The notes beneath the pieces are model-generated. The model saw only the letters and a list, made by a program, of their open reading frames with translations. It had not been told where the DNA came from and made no database searches. From Dehalococcoidia bacterium (GTDB taxonomy: Bacteria > Chloroflexota > Dehalococcoidia > Lucifugimonadales > CBDEGW01): a stretch of 64,000 bases of DNA. The stretch covers positions 20,545 to 84,544 of the forward strand of contig CBDEGW010000004.1 in assembly GCA_965237935.1 (NCBI GenBank). Reading direction: 5' to 3'. Below, in pieces: positions 18,940 through 26,653 of this stretch. The first letter of the stretch is position 1; every line of letters starts with the position of its first letter. Made by a program: the position numbers and the translations under genes.

Positions 18940-19214
18940 TAGTGCGAATAATGGGCGAGGGCCAGTTCCGCATCGGCGGCGTCCTCCTGGACGAGCTCAA
19001 CGACCTGGACAACAAGGTGGTGGAGGCCGTGGAAAACGATGATGTCCAGGGGTACAAGCAGAGCTTCGACCAGATGCTGGACCTGGTGCGGAAGAAGAGC
19101 ATCCCCCTCTTTGTGGATGAGCTGGTAGAGTCGGACCTGATACTGCCCTCGGAGGACACCACCTTCGAGGAGGCCCAGGCCCTCTTCACCGGCGAGGGCC
19201 TTATCTCAGGGTAG
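18936..19214 (+). CDS. Small acidic PspA-associated protein
   Basis: 92 aa. ATGA start/stop overlap with pspA. Reads MIVRIMGEGQFRIGGVLLDELNDLDNKVVEAV. From memory this resembles the family described as PspA-associated (PspAA). Not verified. Confidence 0.5.
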   Translation: MIVRIMGEGQFRIGGVLLDELNDLDNKVVEAVENDDVQGYKQSFDQMLDLVRKKSIPLFVDELVESDLILPSEDTTFEEAQALFTGEGLISG

Positions 19215-19269
19215 GATCACCCCTGGTTCGGAACCTGCGCGAGAGGCCATTACAAAGAGGGAGGACTAA

Positions 19270-19665
19270 ATGGAGCGTCGTGTAATAAATCCCTGGACGT
19301 GGCAGGACCAGTTCGGCTTTGTTCAGGCCAACGAGTTGAAGGGTGTGCAGCGGGTATTGCTATGTTCTGGCCAGACATCCGTCGACGACGATGGCAACCC
19401 GATTAACGTAGGGGACATGGTGGGACAGGTGAACAGAGCCCTGGACAACCTGGAAACTGTCCTAGGGCAGGCTGGCTTAAAGCTATCTGACGTAATGCGC
19501 ATTAACATCTACACTACGGACGTAGACGCCTTCATCGAGGCCGCATCACAGTTCATGCCCCGGTTGGGCGAGGCTAATTGTCGGTTTGCTTCCACGCTCT
19601 TGGGGGTGGCCCGACTAGCCTTCCCTGAGCTCCTGGTGGAGCTAGAAGCGACGGCAGCACAGTAG
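19270..19665 (+). CDS. RidA/YjgF/L-PSP family protein
   Basis: LLCSGQTSVDDDGN...GDMVGQVNRALDNLETVLGQAGLKLSDVMRINIYTTD pattern of the YjgF/RidA fold. Confidence 0.82.
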   Translation: MERRVINPWTWQDQFGFVQANELKGVQRVLLCSGQTSVDDDGNPINVGDMVGQVNRALDNLETVLGQAGLKLSDVMRINIYTTDVDAFIEAASQFMPRLGEANCRFASTLLGVARLAFPELLVELEATAAQ

Positions 19666-19884
19666 TCGGTAATTCATCCTCTTTCCCCGCGGGGAAAAGG
19701 GATATCCATGAGGGCCTAGCGCCAGATGCGGGGTTCTATGATGTATAGGAAGCCGCACGCTGGAGGCTGGTCCGAAGCCTGCCTGGGGAGCCAAGTTGCT
19801 GCTATTTCGTGGTTAACAACTCATCACATCTTCTCCTTGGGTGGACGAGAGTTAACCAGCTAAAAGTTTGTAGGAACGATAGTC

Positions 19885-20703
19885 ATGCAAGTCCGCACAT
19901 ACGGCACCTCGGGGCCTTTCGTGGTCGTCCTGCATGGCGGCCCAGGCGCTCCGGGGTACATGGCGCCTGTGGCCCAGGCGCTTGCGGATACTTTTCGGGT
20001 CCTCGAACCCATGCAACGAGGCAGCGGAGGTGAGCCCTTGACCGTTGCACGGCACGTTGATGACCTTCATAAGTTGGTGGAAGAACAATGTGAGGGCATA
20101 CGGCCAGCCTTGGTGGGGCACTCCTGGGGTGCGATGCTTGCGCTCGCTTACGCTGCGGCCCACCCTGGACGTTTGATCGCGGCCGCCCTGATTGGCTGCG
20201 GTACTTTTGATCGAGCAGCACGCGATCGAATGAAATCGATCCAAGAAGAGCGCACTGATGAGAACTTGCGGCGATGCTTTGAACACCTGCCAGAAGAGTT
20301 TCCCGATATCAATGATCAGTTGCGCATCCGAGGCAAGCTGATCCAGCAACTGGATTCGTGCGAGCTCATTCCCACCGACGAGGAGGTCGAGGAGGTCGAT
20401 GCTCGGGCGAACCAGGAGACCTGGCAGGACATGTTGCGGCAACAGGAAGAAGGGGTTTATCCTGCTGCTTTCGCGGCGGTCCATGAGCCCGTGATCATGT
20501 TGCACGGTGACTACGATTCCCATCCCGGCCGTATGATCCGAGTAAGTCTAGAGCCACATCTTCCTCACCTGGAGTACCGTGAGTGGAAACGCTGTGGGCA
20601 CTACCCGTGGCTCGAAAAGGCCGTCCACGACGAGTTCTTTGCCGTCTTGCATGAATGGCTTGCCAGGCAATTCACCAAGGGTACACGCGCGGCCGCCCTA
20701 TGA
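19885..20703 (+). CDS. Alpha/beta hydrolase
   Basis: VVVLHGGPGAPG oxyanion region and nucleophile elbow LVGHSWGAMLALAYA. Confidence 0.8.
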   Translation: MQVRTYGTSGPFVVVLHGGPGAPGYMAPVAQALADTFRVLEPMQRGSGGEPLTVARHVDDLHKLVEEQCEGIRPALVGHSWGAMLALAYAAAHPGRLIAAALIGCGTFDRAARDRMKSIQEERTDENLRRCFEHLPEEFPDINDQLRIRGKLIQQLDSCELIPTDEEVEEVDARANQETWQDMLRQQEEGVYPAAFAAVHEPVIMLHGDYDSHPGRMIRVSLEPHLPHLEYREWKRCGHYPWLEKAVHDEFFAVLHEWLARQFTKGTRAAAL

Positions 20704-20875
20704 TGAGCCCCGCTTACGTTAGCCGGAGTGGTAAATGTCACTAAAGTTCACAATTACCCTGCGTGGGGAGCCACTTACCAGTTAGTCGTAGCGGTTCATC
20801 TCAGGTCCTGGCATCAACCAGCCAGGTGGGAGCCATGACGCAACCAGCTCGAAAGAACCCCAAGGCCCTCAGTCC

Positions 20876-21619
20876 ATGAAGCAGAACCGGATGTACGACG
20901 AGTTCGCCCACCTGTGGCCGCTCCTGAGCGCTCCCGAGGATTACGCCGACGAAGCGCGGTATTGGCGTGAGGCCCTGCGAGAGAACCTTGGCCCCGGACG
21001 GCACCACGTGTTGGAGCTGGGCGTGGGTGGCGGCAACAACTTGTCGCACCTGACGGGGGAATTTGATGCCACCGCGGTGGATACCTCCCAGCAGATGCTC
21101 GCCAACTCCAGGAGGCTGAACCCCTCGGTCGAGCACCTCCTCGGCGATATGAGGTCAGTTCGCCTGGACCGCAAGTTCAGCGGCGTGCTGATACATGACG
21201 CCATCGCCTACATGACTACCGAGGCCGATTTGCGGGCGGTGTTTCTGACGGCCAGGGAGCACTTGAATCCGGGTGGCGTGATCGTGACGGCGCCCGACTT
21301 TTACTCTGAGACCTTCCGTGGTCCATACGTCTTTCACAAGACTGCGAAAGATAAAGAGGTCGAGCTGACCTACGTTGAGTACGCCTACGACCCTGATCCT
21401 TCGGACACCACCATCGAGTCCATCTTCGTCTACTTTATCAATGAGGGTGGTGAGTTCAAGGTCGAGCTGGACCGTCACGTGACCGGGCTCTTCCCGATGG
21501 ACACGTGGGAACGGCTGCTCCGGGAGGTCGGCTTCAACGTCAGCAAGAAGGCGTACCCCGTCATCGAAGAGCCGCGCTCTCCCTTCCTGTGGGTTGGGGT
21601 CCTGGCTGGTTCCAGCTAG
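20876..21619 (+). CDS. Class I SAM-dependent methyltransferase
   Basis: Motif I VLELGVGGGNNLSHL, followed by VLIHDAIAYM. Confidence 0.8.
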   Translation: MKQNRMYDEFAHLWPLLSAPEDYADEARYWREALRENLGPGRHHVLELGVGGGNNLSHLTGEFDATAVDTSQQMLANSRRLNPSVEHLLGDMRSVRLDRKFSGVLIHDAIAYMTTEADLRAVFLTAREHLNPGGVIVTAPDFYSETFRGPYVFHKTAKDKEVELTYVEYAYDPDPSDTTIESIFVYFINEGGEFKVELDRHVTGLFPMDTWERLLREVGFNVSKKAYPVIEEPRSPFLWVGVLAGSS

Positions 21620-21638
21620 GCGAAGAGGTTCAGGCCCG

Positions 21639-22205
21639 CTAGAAGGGTATCCCCCACAGAGCGTACCACTGCTCCAGCTCCCGCTCTATGGGCAGCTCCT
21701 TCTCCATGGCGGTACGAAGGCGCAGCTCCGCGGCGTAGTCTCTCTGCTGTCCTGACTCCGGTACAAAGGGGTAGAACTTGCCCCGCTTGTAGTTATAGAT
21801 CCAGTAGACCTCTTTGCCGCCCTCTTTGAACTCGAAGACGGCCGCCAGCAGCTGAGGGCCGAAACCGTGGTCGACTATGGTCTCCCCCATGGTGTGAATC
21901 AGTGAGACCAGGTCCTCGAACTGGGGGTCGTCCAGGATAATCCAGCGGTATCCGTAGTTATCGTCTCGGATGTGGTAGTCGGTGTCCGTGGACTTGGCGC
22001 TTATGCGCATTAGCTCCCTAAGCTCCGAGTCCAGGTTGCTGAAGAAGGAGGACTCCACGGGCCGGAAGGAGAGGCCGGCCTTTCCCGAAGACTCAACTCC
22101 GAAGCGAGTGCTGAGGGTGATATAGGCGGTAACTATGGAGAAGAGACCTTCCCTATGGGACTTGATGGCCTTTGCGCGGCCAAAGAGGGCATCCAGCAGG
22201 CCCAC
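21639..22205 (-). CDS. Conserved hypothetical protein, translationally linked to htpX
   Basis: 188 aa. Start lies 3 nt after the htpX stop. No motif recognised (MGLLDALFGRAKAIKSHREGLFSIVTAYITL...WYALWGIPF). Confidence 0.55.
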   Translation of the reverse strand: MGLLDALFGRAKAIKSHREGLFSIVTAYITLSTRFGVESSGKAGLSFRPVESSFFSNLDSELRELMRISAKSTDTDYHIRDDNYGYRWIILDDPQFEDLVSLIHTMGETIVDHGFGPQLLAAVFEFKEGGKEVYWIYNYKRGKFYPFVPESGQQRDYAAELRLRTAMEKELPIERELEQWYALWGIPF

Positions 22206-22208
22206 TGA

Positions 22209-23135
22209 CTAGCGTCCCCCTTCCATCTGGCGTTGCATCTGCCGCAGCCGCTCGATGCGCTTCTCCACAGAGGGATGGGAGGAGAAGAGGCTTGCCATTT
22301 TGTTGCCCTTAAGGGCGGGAACGATGAAGAAGGCGTTGGCGTGCTCCACCCGCCGGAGATCCTTCTCCGGGATGCGCCCAACCTCGCCGTTGATCTTCAT
22401 CAGGGCGGAGGCCAACTGGGAGGGGGCGCCGGTAAGAGTGGCTGATCCACGGTCCGCAGCCAGCTCCCGATAGCGGGTCAGGGCCATGATGAGTAGCTGG
22501 CTGACGAAGTAGACTACTATCGTGCCCACATACACCAGCATCATCACGGCCATGGCCTGTCCGCCTCCATGACGGCGTCCGCCGTAGCCTCCACCGAAGC
22601 CGCCGAAGAGGCTCATCCAGAACATCATCTGCATCAGGTAGCCTGAAGCAATGACGATAAGGCTGGCCAAGGTGATCACCATAACATCCCGGTGCTTGAT
22701 GTGGGAAAGCTCGTGGGCCAGCACCGCCTCCAGCTCCCGGTCGTCCAGGCGTGACATGAGGCCCCTGGTGACAGCCACCACGGAGTTCTTCTGATTGCGG
22801 CCCGTGGCAAAGGCGTTGGGAACGTGGGTCTCCATCATCGCTACCTTTGGCTTGGGAAGGTCCGCCGCGGCTGACAGGCGCTCAATCATGGCGTGAATCT
22901 TGGGCTCCTCCTGGGGCGTCACAATCTTTGCGCCGGTGGTCATGAGGACCAGGCGGTGCGACATGAAGAATTGGAAGATCCCCATTATGAAGCCCATAAC
23001 CAAAATGACGATGAAGTTAATCCCTGCCGAAAACAGCAGCCCGAAAAAGGCCACGTACACTAGGGCCAGCAGGAGCATTGTAAAGCCCATGCGAAAGGTT
23101 AGGCCCCTATCTCTTCCTATTCCTCTTGTCCTCAT
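22209..23135 (-). CDS. htpX: Zinc metalloprotease HtpX (peptidase M48)
   Basis: HELSHIKHRD zinc motif, four hydrophobic spans, and the C-terminal FSSHPSVEKRIERL. Confidence 0.9.
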   Translation of the reverse strand: MRTRGIGRDRGLTFRMGFTMLLLALVYVAFFGLLFSAGINFIVILVMGFIMGIFQFFMSHRLVLMTTGAKIVTPQEEPKIHAMIERLSAAADLPKPKVAMMETHVPNAFATGRNQKNSVVAVTRGLMSRLDDRELEAVLAHELSHIKHRDVMVITLASLIVIASGYLMQMMFWMSLFGGFGGGYGGRRHGGGQAMAVMMLVYVGTIVVYFVSQLLIMALTRYRELAADRGSATLTGAPSQLASALMKINGEVGRIPEKDLRRVEHANAFFIVPALKGNKMASLFSSHPSVEKRIERLRQMQRQMEGGR

Positions 23136-23197
23136 GTCCTATCTCCTGGAGAAACCCCGCTTTTGGAAATAATATCGGAAAGGGGTACGACTGTCCA

Positions 23198-23974
23198 TTA
23201 CCCTATCAGACGCCTTCGCATGAGAAACATCGAGGCGAGGATGAAGGGCGTGGCCATGGCCGCCAGCAGCGCAACGTCCCCCAGCAGGGCCAAGCGCACA
23301 TCTCCTTGCACCAGGCCACGCATAAGGTGGGCCGCGGGGGTGAGGGGCAGGACCCAGGCGGCGCGCTGCACGGCATCTGGAAGCTCGTCCAGGGGGAAGA
23401 AGGTCCCGCAGAAGAAGAACATGGGCGCGGCGAACACGGTGAAGTAGTTGTTCAGGAAGCCCATGGAGGGCGCCACGGCGGTCATTGTCATGGCGATGGA
23501 GGCGAACATCAGTCCAACCAGAAAGGCCGCTGGCAGGACCAGGACCGCCAGGGGCGAAGCCACCAGCCCGAAGGCGGCGGCTACTGTGAGGACCGCACTG
23601 GCGGTCAGGACCGAGCGGCTGGCCCCCCAGATGATCTCGCCCAGGGTCACGTCCCCCACGCTGAGGGGAGTGACGATGATGCTGTCATAGATCCTGTGGG
23701 TCTGCATACGCAGATAGGCGCCGTAGGTGCATTCGAAGGCGGCGTGGAACATGGCGTAGCTGGCGATGATGCCCGGGGCCACGAACTCCGCGTAACTGAG
23801 GTCGCCCACGATGTCCACGTAGGTGCCCAGGCCGTAGCCGACCACCGTAAGGATGAGCACCGGCTCAACAATGATGCCGCTCAGCTCGGTGGCCCACTGG
23901 TGGGTAAAGGCGTCCCGGTTGCGCTGCCATACCCGGATGGCTCTAAATGAGGGGGCCGCGATTAAGGCGTTCAC
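23198..23974 (-). CDS. ABC-2 type transporter permease (no ATPase partner nearby)
   Basis: 258 aa with six hydrophobic spans. RAIRVWQRNRDAFTHQWATELSGIIVEPVL start typical of NodJ/DrrB-like ABC-2 permeases. Confidence 0.78.
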   Translation of the reverse strand: MNALIAAPSFRAIRVWQRNRDAFTHQWATELSGIIVEPVLILTVVGYGLGTYVDIVGDLSYAEFVAPGIIASYAMFHAAFECTYGAYLRMQTHRIYDSIIVTPLSVGDVTLGEIIWGASRSVLTASAVLTVAAAFGLVASPLAVLVLPAAFLVGLMFASIAMTMTAVAPSMGFLNNYFTVFAAPMFFFCGTFFPLDELPDAVQRAAWVLPLTPAAHLMRGLVQGDVRLALLGDVALLAAMATPFILASMFLMRRRLIG

Positions 23975-24011
23975 TATTTCAGCAAGTCTGGTTGTTGCAT
24001 GGAGGGTTGGA

Positions 24012-25214
24012 CTACAGCAGCAGGCCTACTGGGTTCTCCAGAAGCTGTTTGATCTCCCGTAGGAACTGGGCCCCCTGGGCGCCGTCGGCGACGCGGTGGT
24101 CCACTGATAGGGTCGCCGTCATCATCTGGGCCACCACTACCTGATCGTCCCGGACCACGGGCTGCTTCTTGACGGTGCCGGTGGCCAGGACCGCGCTCTG
24201 AGGCGGGTGGATGATGGCCACGAAGCTGTCCACGTCAAAGGACCCCAGGTTGCTGATGCTGAAAGTAGCCGCAGTGTACTCATCGGGACGAAGGACGCCC
24301 CGCTGGGCCCGCTCCGCCAGGTCCCGGCTGGCCTGGGCGATTTCAGCCAGGGACTTGCTCCCGCAGTCCAGGATGGCGGGCACCATGAGTCCCTCCTCCA
24401 TGGCTATGGCGATGCCTATGTTGATGGCAGAATTGACCTTCAGGCTGTCCTCCTGGAAGAAGGAGTTGAAGGCGGGGTGCTTCTGAAGGGCTATGGTGCA
24501 CGCCTTAATGATGAAATCGTTGACCGTGACGCGGACGCCCTGCTCCTCCAGGGTCTGGTTTAGCCCCTGCCTGATGGACATGGCTTGAGTCATGTCGACG
24601 TCGGCGGCGACGTAGAAGTGGGGGATCTCCCGTTTGGCGTGGGAGGTGAGCCTAGCGATGGCCTGGCGCATGCGTGTGAGTGGGACCGTTTCGGCGACCT
24701 GCTCTGCGGCGGGTGCCTGGGCCGGCGCCGCAGCGACGGGCGGCACCTCAAAGGCCAGCACGTCCTCCTTGGTTATCCTTCCACCGGGGCCGGTACCCTG
24801 CAACAGGCTAAGGTCTATGCCCTTCTCCTGGGCCAGGCGCCGGGCCACGGGAGAAGCTGGGGCGGCTGCCCTGGCCGGCTCGGGCTGGGCCCTCTCTGGT
24901 GGCGCGGCCACAGGCGGGGTGGCGGGAGCTGCCGTGGGGGCCTCGGTGGCCACTGGAGCGGGCTTTTCCGCCATGACCTCTGGGAGTGGCTCGTCGGCGC
25001 CGGCGATAAGGCCTATGACCGTTCCAACGGGCACGGTGTTCCCTTCGGCTACCAGGATCTTACGGAGGATCCCCGAGCCGAGGGCCTCCATTTCCACCAC
25101 GGCCTTGTCCGTCTCGATCTCCGCGATGTTCTCGCCCCGCTTGACCTCGTCTCCCTCCTGCCTCAACCACCTCACCACGGTGCCCTCTCGCATGTCGTAG
25201 CCCATCTGGGGCAT
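24012..25214 (-). CDS. 2-oxoacid dehydrogenase E2 (dihydrolipoamide acyltransferase)
   Basis: Lipoyl domain MPQMGYDMREGTVVRWL...IAEIETDKAVVEMEA, Ala/Pro linker, E3/E1-binding domain SPVARRLAQEKGIDL, and catalytic SVDHRVADGAQGAQF. The track ORF extension to 25466 overlaps E1-beta and is rejected. Alternative starts are GTG 25220 or CTG 25232, the latter 6 nt after AGGAGG. Confidence 0.88.
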   Translation of the reverse strand: MPQMGYDMREGTVVRWLRQEGDEVKRGENIAEIETDKAVVEMEALGSGILRKILVAEGNTVPVGTVIGLIAGADEPLPEVMAEKPAPVATEAPTAAPATPPVAAPPERAQPEPARAAAPASPVARRLAQEKGIDLSLLQGTGPGGRITKEDVLAFEVPPVAAAPAQAPAAEQVAETVPLTRMRQAIARLTSHAKREIPHFYVAADVDMTQAMSIRQGLNQTLEEQGVRVTVNDFIIKACTIALQKHPAFNSFFQEDSLKVNSAINIGIAIAMEEGLMVPAILDCGSKSLAEIAQASRDLAERAQRGVLRPDEYTAATFSISNLGSFDVDSFVAIIHPPQSAVLATGTVKKQPVVRDDQVVVAQMMTATLSVDHRVADGAQGAQFLREIKQLLENPVGLLL

Positions 25215-25252
25215 AACCACTTCGATAGCCAGGGCGTACCTCCTAGCAAGTC

Positions 25253-26230
25253 CTAAAGGCCAACTACCTCTTTCAGGGCCCGTATAATCTTCTGCTCGTC
25301 GGGGATGGCGCTCCTCTCCAGATTGCTGGCGTAGGGCATGGGGACATCCTCGCCGCCTACCCGCGCTACGGGGGCGTCCAGGCGATCGAAGCTCCTCTCC
25401 TGAATGGAGCTGGCTATCTCGGCCCCGAAACCTCCCGTCCTCCAGGCCTCCTCTACCACCAGGCACCGACTGGTCTTGGCCACAGACTGTACCAAGGTGT
25501 CTATATCGAAGGGTCGCAGCGTTCGAAGGTCAATCACCTCGGCGTCGATACCTGAATCCTCCAGCTCCTGGGCGGCCTTGAGGGCCACGTGGACCATTCG
25601 GCCGTAGGCTACGATGGTAACGTCGGCGCCCTCCCTCTTCACGTCGGCCTGTCCGAAGGGAATGGTGTACCACTCGTCGGGCACCTCGCCTCTGAGTCCG
25701 TACAGGAGAGCGTGTTCCGCGTATATGATGGGGTTGTTGTCTTCAAAGGCGCTCCGCAGGAGGCCCAGGGCATCATAGGGGGTTGCGGGCACAGCCACCT
25801 TCAGCCCCGGCACAGAGGCGTACCACCCCTCCAGGCTCTGGGAGTGGGTGGCCGCCAGCTGGGCTCCCCCTCCTGTGACTGTGCGGATGATGAGGGGTAC
25901 GTTGATCTGGCCTCCCGACATGTAGTGCACCTTGGCAATGTGATTCACGATCTGGTCCATGGCCAGGAGGCTGAAGTTGATGGTCATCAGCTCCACCACC
26001 GGCTTCAGCCCGCCCATGGCCGCGCCGGCTCCAGCTCCGACGAACACCGATTCCGATATGGGCGTGTCCTTGATGCGTTCGGGGCCATAATGCCCCAGGA
26101 AGCCCTTGGTTACGGCGTATGCCCCGCCATAGGCCCCTATGTCCTCCCCCATGATGAACACCCGGGGGTCATTGTCCAGGGCCTCCCTTAAACCCATAGT
26201 AATGGCCTCTCGTATCGTCATCCCGGCCAA
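25253..26230 (-). CDS. 2-oxoacid (pyruvate/branched-chain) dehydrogenase E1 beta subunit
   Basis: MTIREAITMGLREALDNDPRVFIMGEDIGAYGGAYAVTKGF is the transketolase-like pyrimidine-binding domain start. 325 aa. Confidence 0.9.
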   Translation of the reverse strand: MAGMTIREAITMGLREALDNDPRVFIMGEDIGAYGGAYAVTKGFLGHYGPERIKDTPISESVFVGAGAGAAMGGLKPVVELMTINFSLLAMDQIVNHIAKVHYMSGGQINVPLIIRTVTGGGAQLAATHSQSLEGWYASVPGLKVAVPATPYDALGLLRSAFEDNNPIIYAEHALLYGLRGEVPDEWYTIPFGQADVKREGADVTIVAYGRMVHVALKAAQELEDSGIDAEVIDLRTLRPFDIDTLVQSVAKTSRCLVVEEAWRTGGFGAEIASSIQERSFDRLDAPVARVGGEDVPMPYASNLERSAIPDEQKIIRALKEVVGL

Positions 26231-26272
26231 GATGCAGCCTCCTAATTAATTGTGACGAAGGGTCTCGCGAAC

Positions 26273-26470
26273 TTAATGGGCATCGGACCTCTCCGACTGA
26301 GGGTGGAAGGTGATGGCGGGCTCGTACCCCGCGAGGGCCAGATCATCCAGCGAGTCCAGATCCTCCCTTATGGCCTGGACCCTGGCGGCGACCCGCTCCA
26401 GGCGGTCCTCCTCTATCTCAAGGCCCGCCATTTTCGCCAGCAGCCGTATCTCCTCGTTGGAGAGTTTCAA
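26273..26470 (-). CDS. Short GatC-like protein
   Basis: 65 aa. MKLSNEEIRLLAKMAGLEIEEDRLERVAARVQAIREDLDSLDDL follows the GatC N-terminal pattern but is shorter than canonical GatC. Confidence 0.5.
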   Translation of the reverse strand: MKLSNEEIRLLAKMAGLEIEEDRLERVAARVQAIREDLDSLDDLALAGYEPAITFHPQSERSDAH

Positions 26471-26552
26471 GGTGTGCCCCCAGGTAAAGCGCCTATTTCG
26501 ATGATAGCATACTCCATCTTCGGGCGGTCTATAATCCCTATGGCAAAGAAAT

Positions 26553-26585
26553 GGGGGAAACCTCCTTACACAGAAGGTTTCCCCC
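26553..26585 (-). terminator. Rho-independent-type terminator after the Ig-repeat surface protein gene
   Basis: GGGGGAAACCT...AGGTTTCCCCC, an 11-bp perfect stem around an 11-nt loop. On the minus strand it is followed by ATTTCTTT. Lies about 70 nt downstream of the stop at 26654. Confidence 0.55.
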
Positions 26586-26653
26586 TCACGGCATCGAATG
26601 TAGCTAGCTCTCTAGCCTTCTTATAGACTGGGCAGCTTCCCAGGCTACGCCAA

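Noticed and set aside
19679-19700. Palindrome CTCTTTCCCCGCGGGGAAAAGGG after the RidA-family gene as a terminator
   Set aside because: The centre of symmetry leaves almost no loop and no T-run follows, so this is too weak to annotate as a terminator.
25215-25466. N-terminal extension of the E2 ORF
   Set aside because: It overlaps the 3' end of the E1-beta gene in another frame and is Arg/Gly-rich. The lipoyl domain begins at MPQMGYDM.
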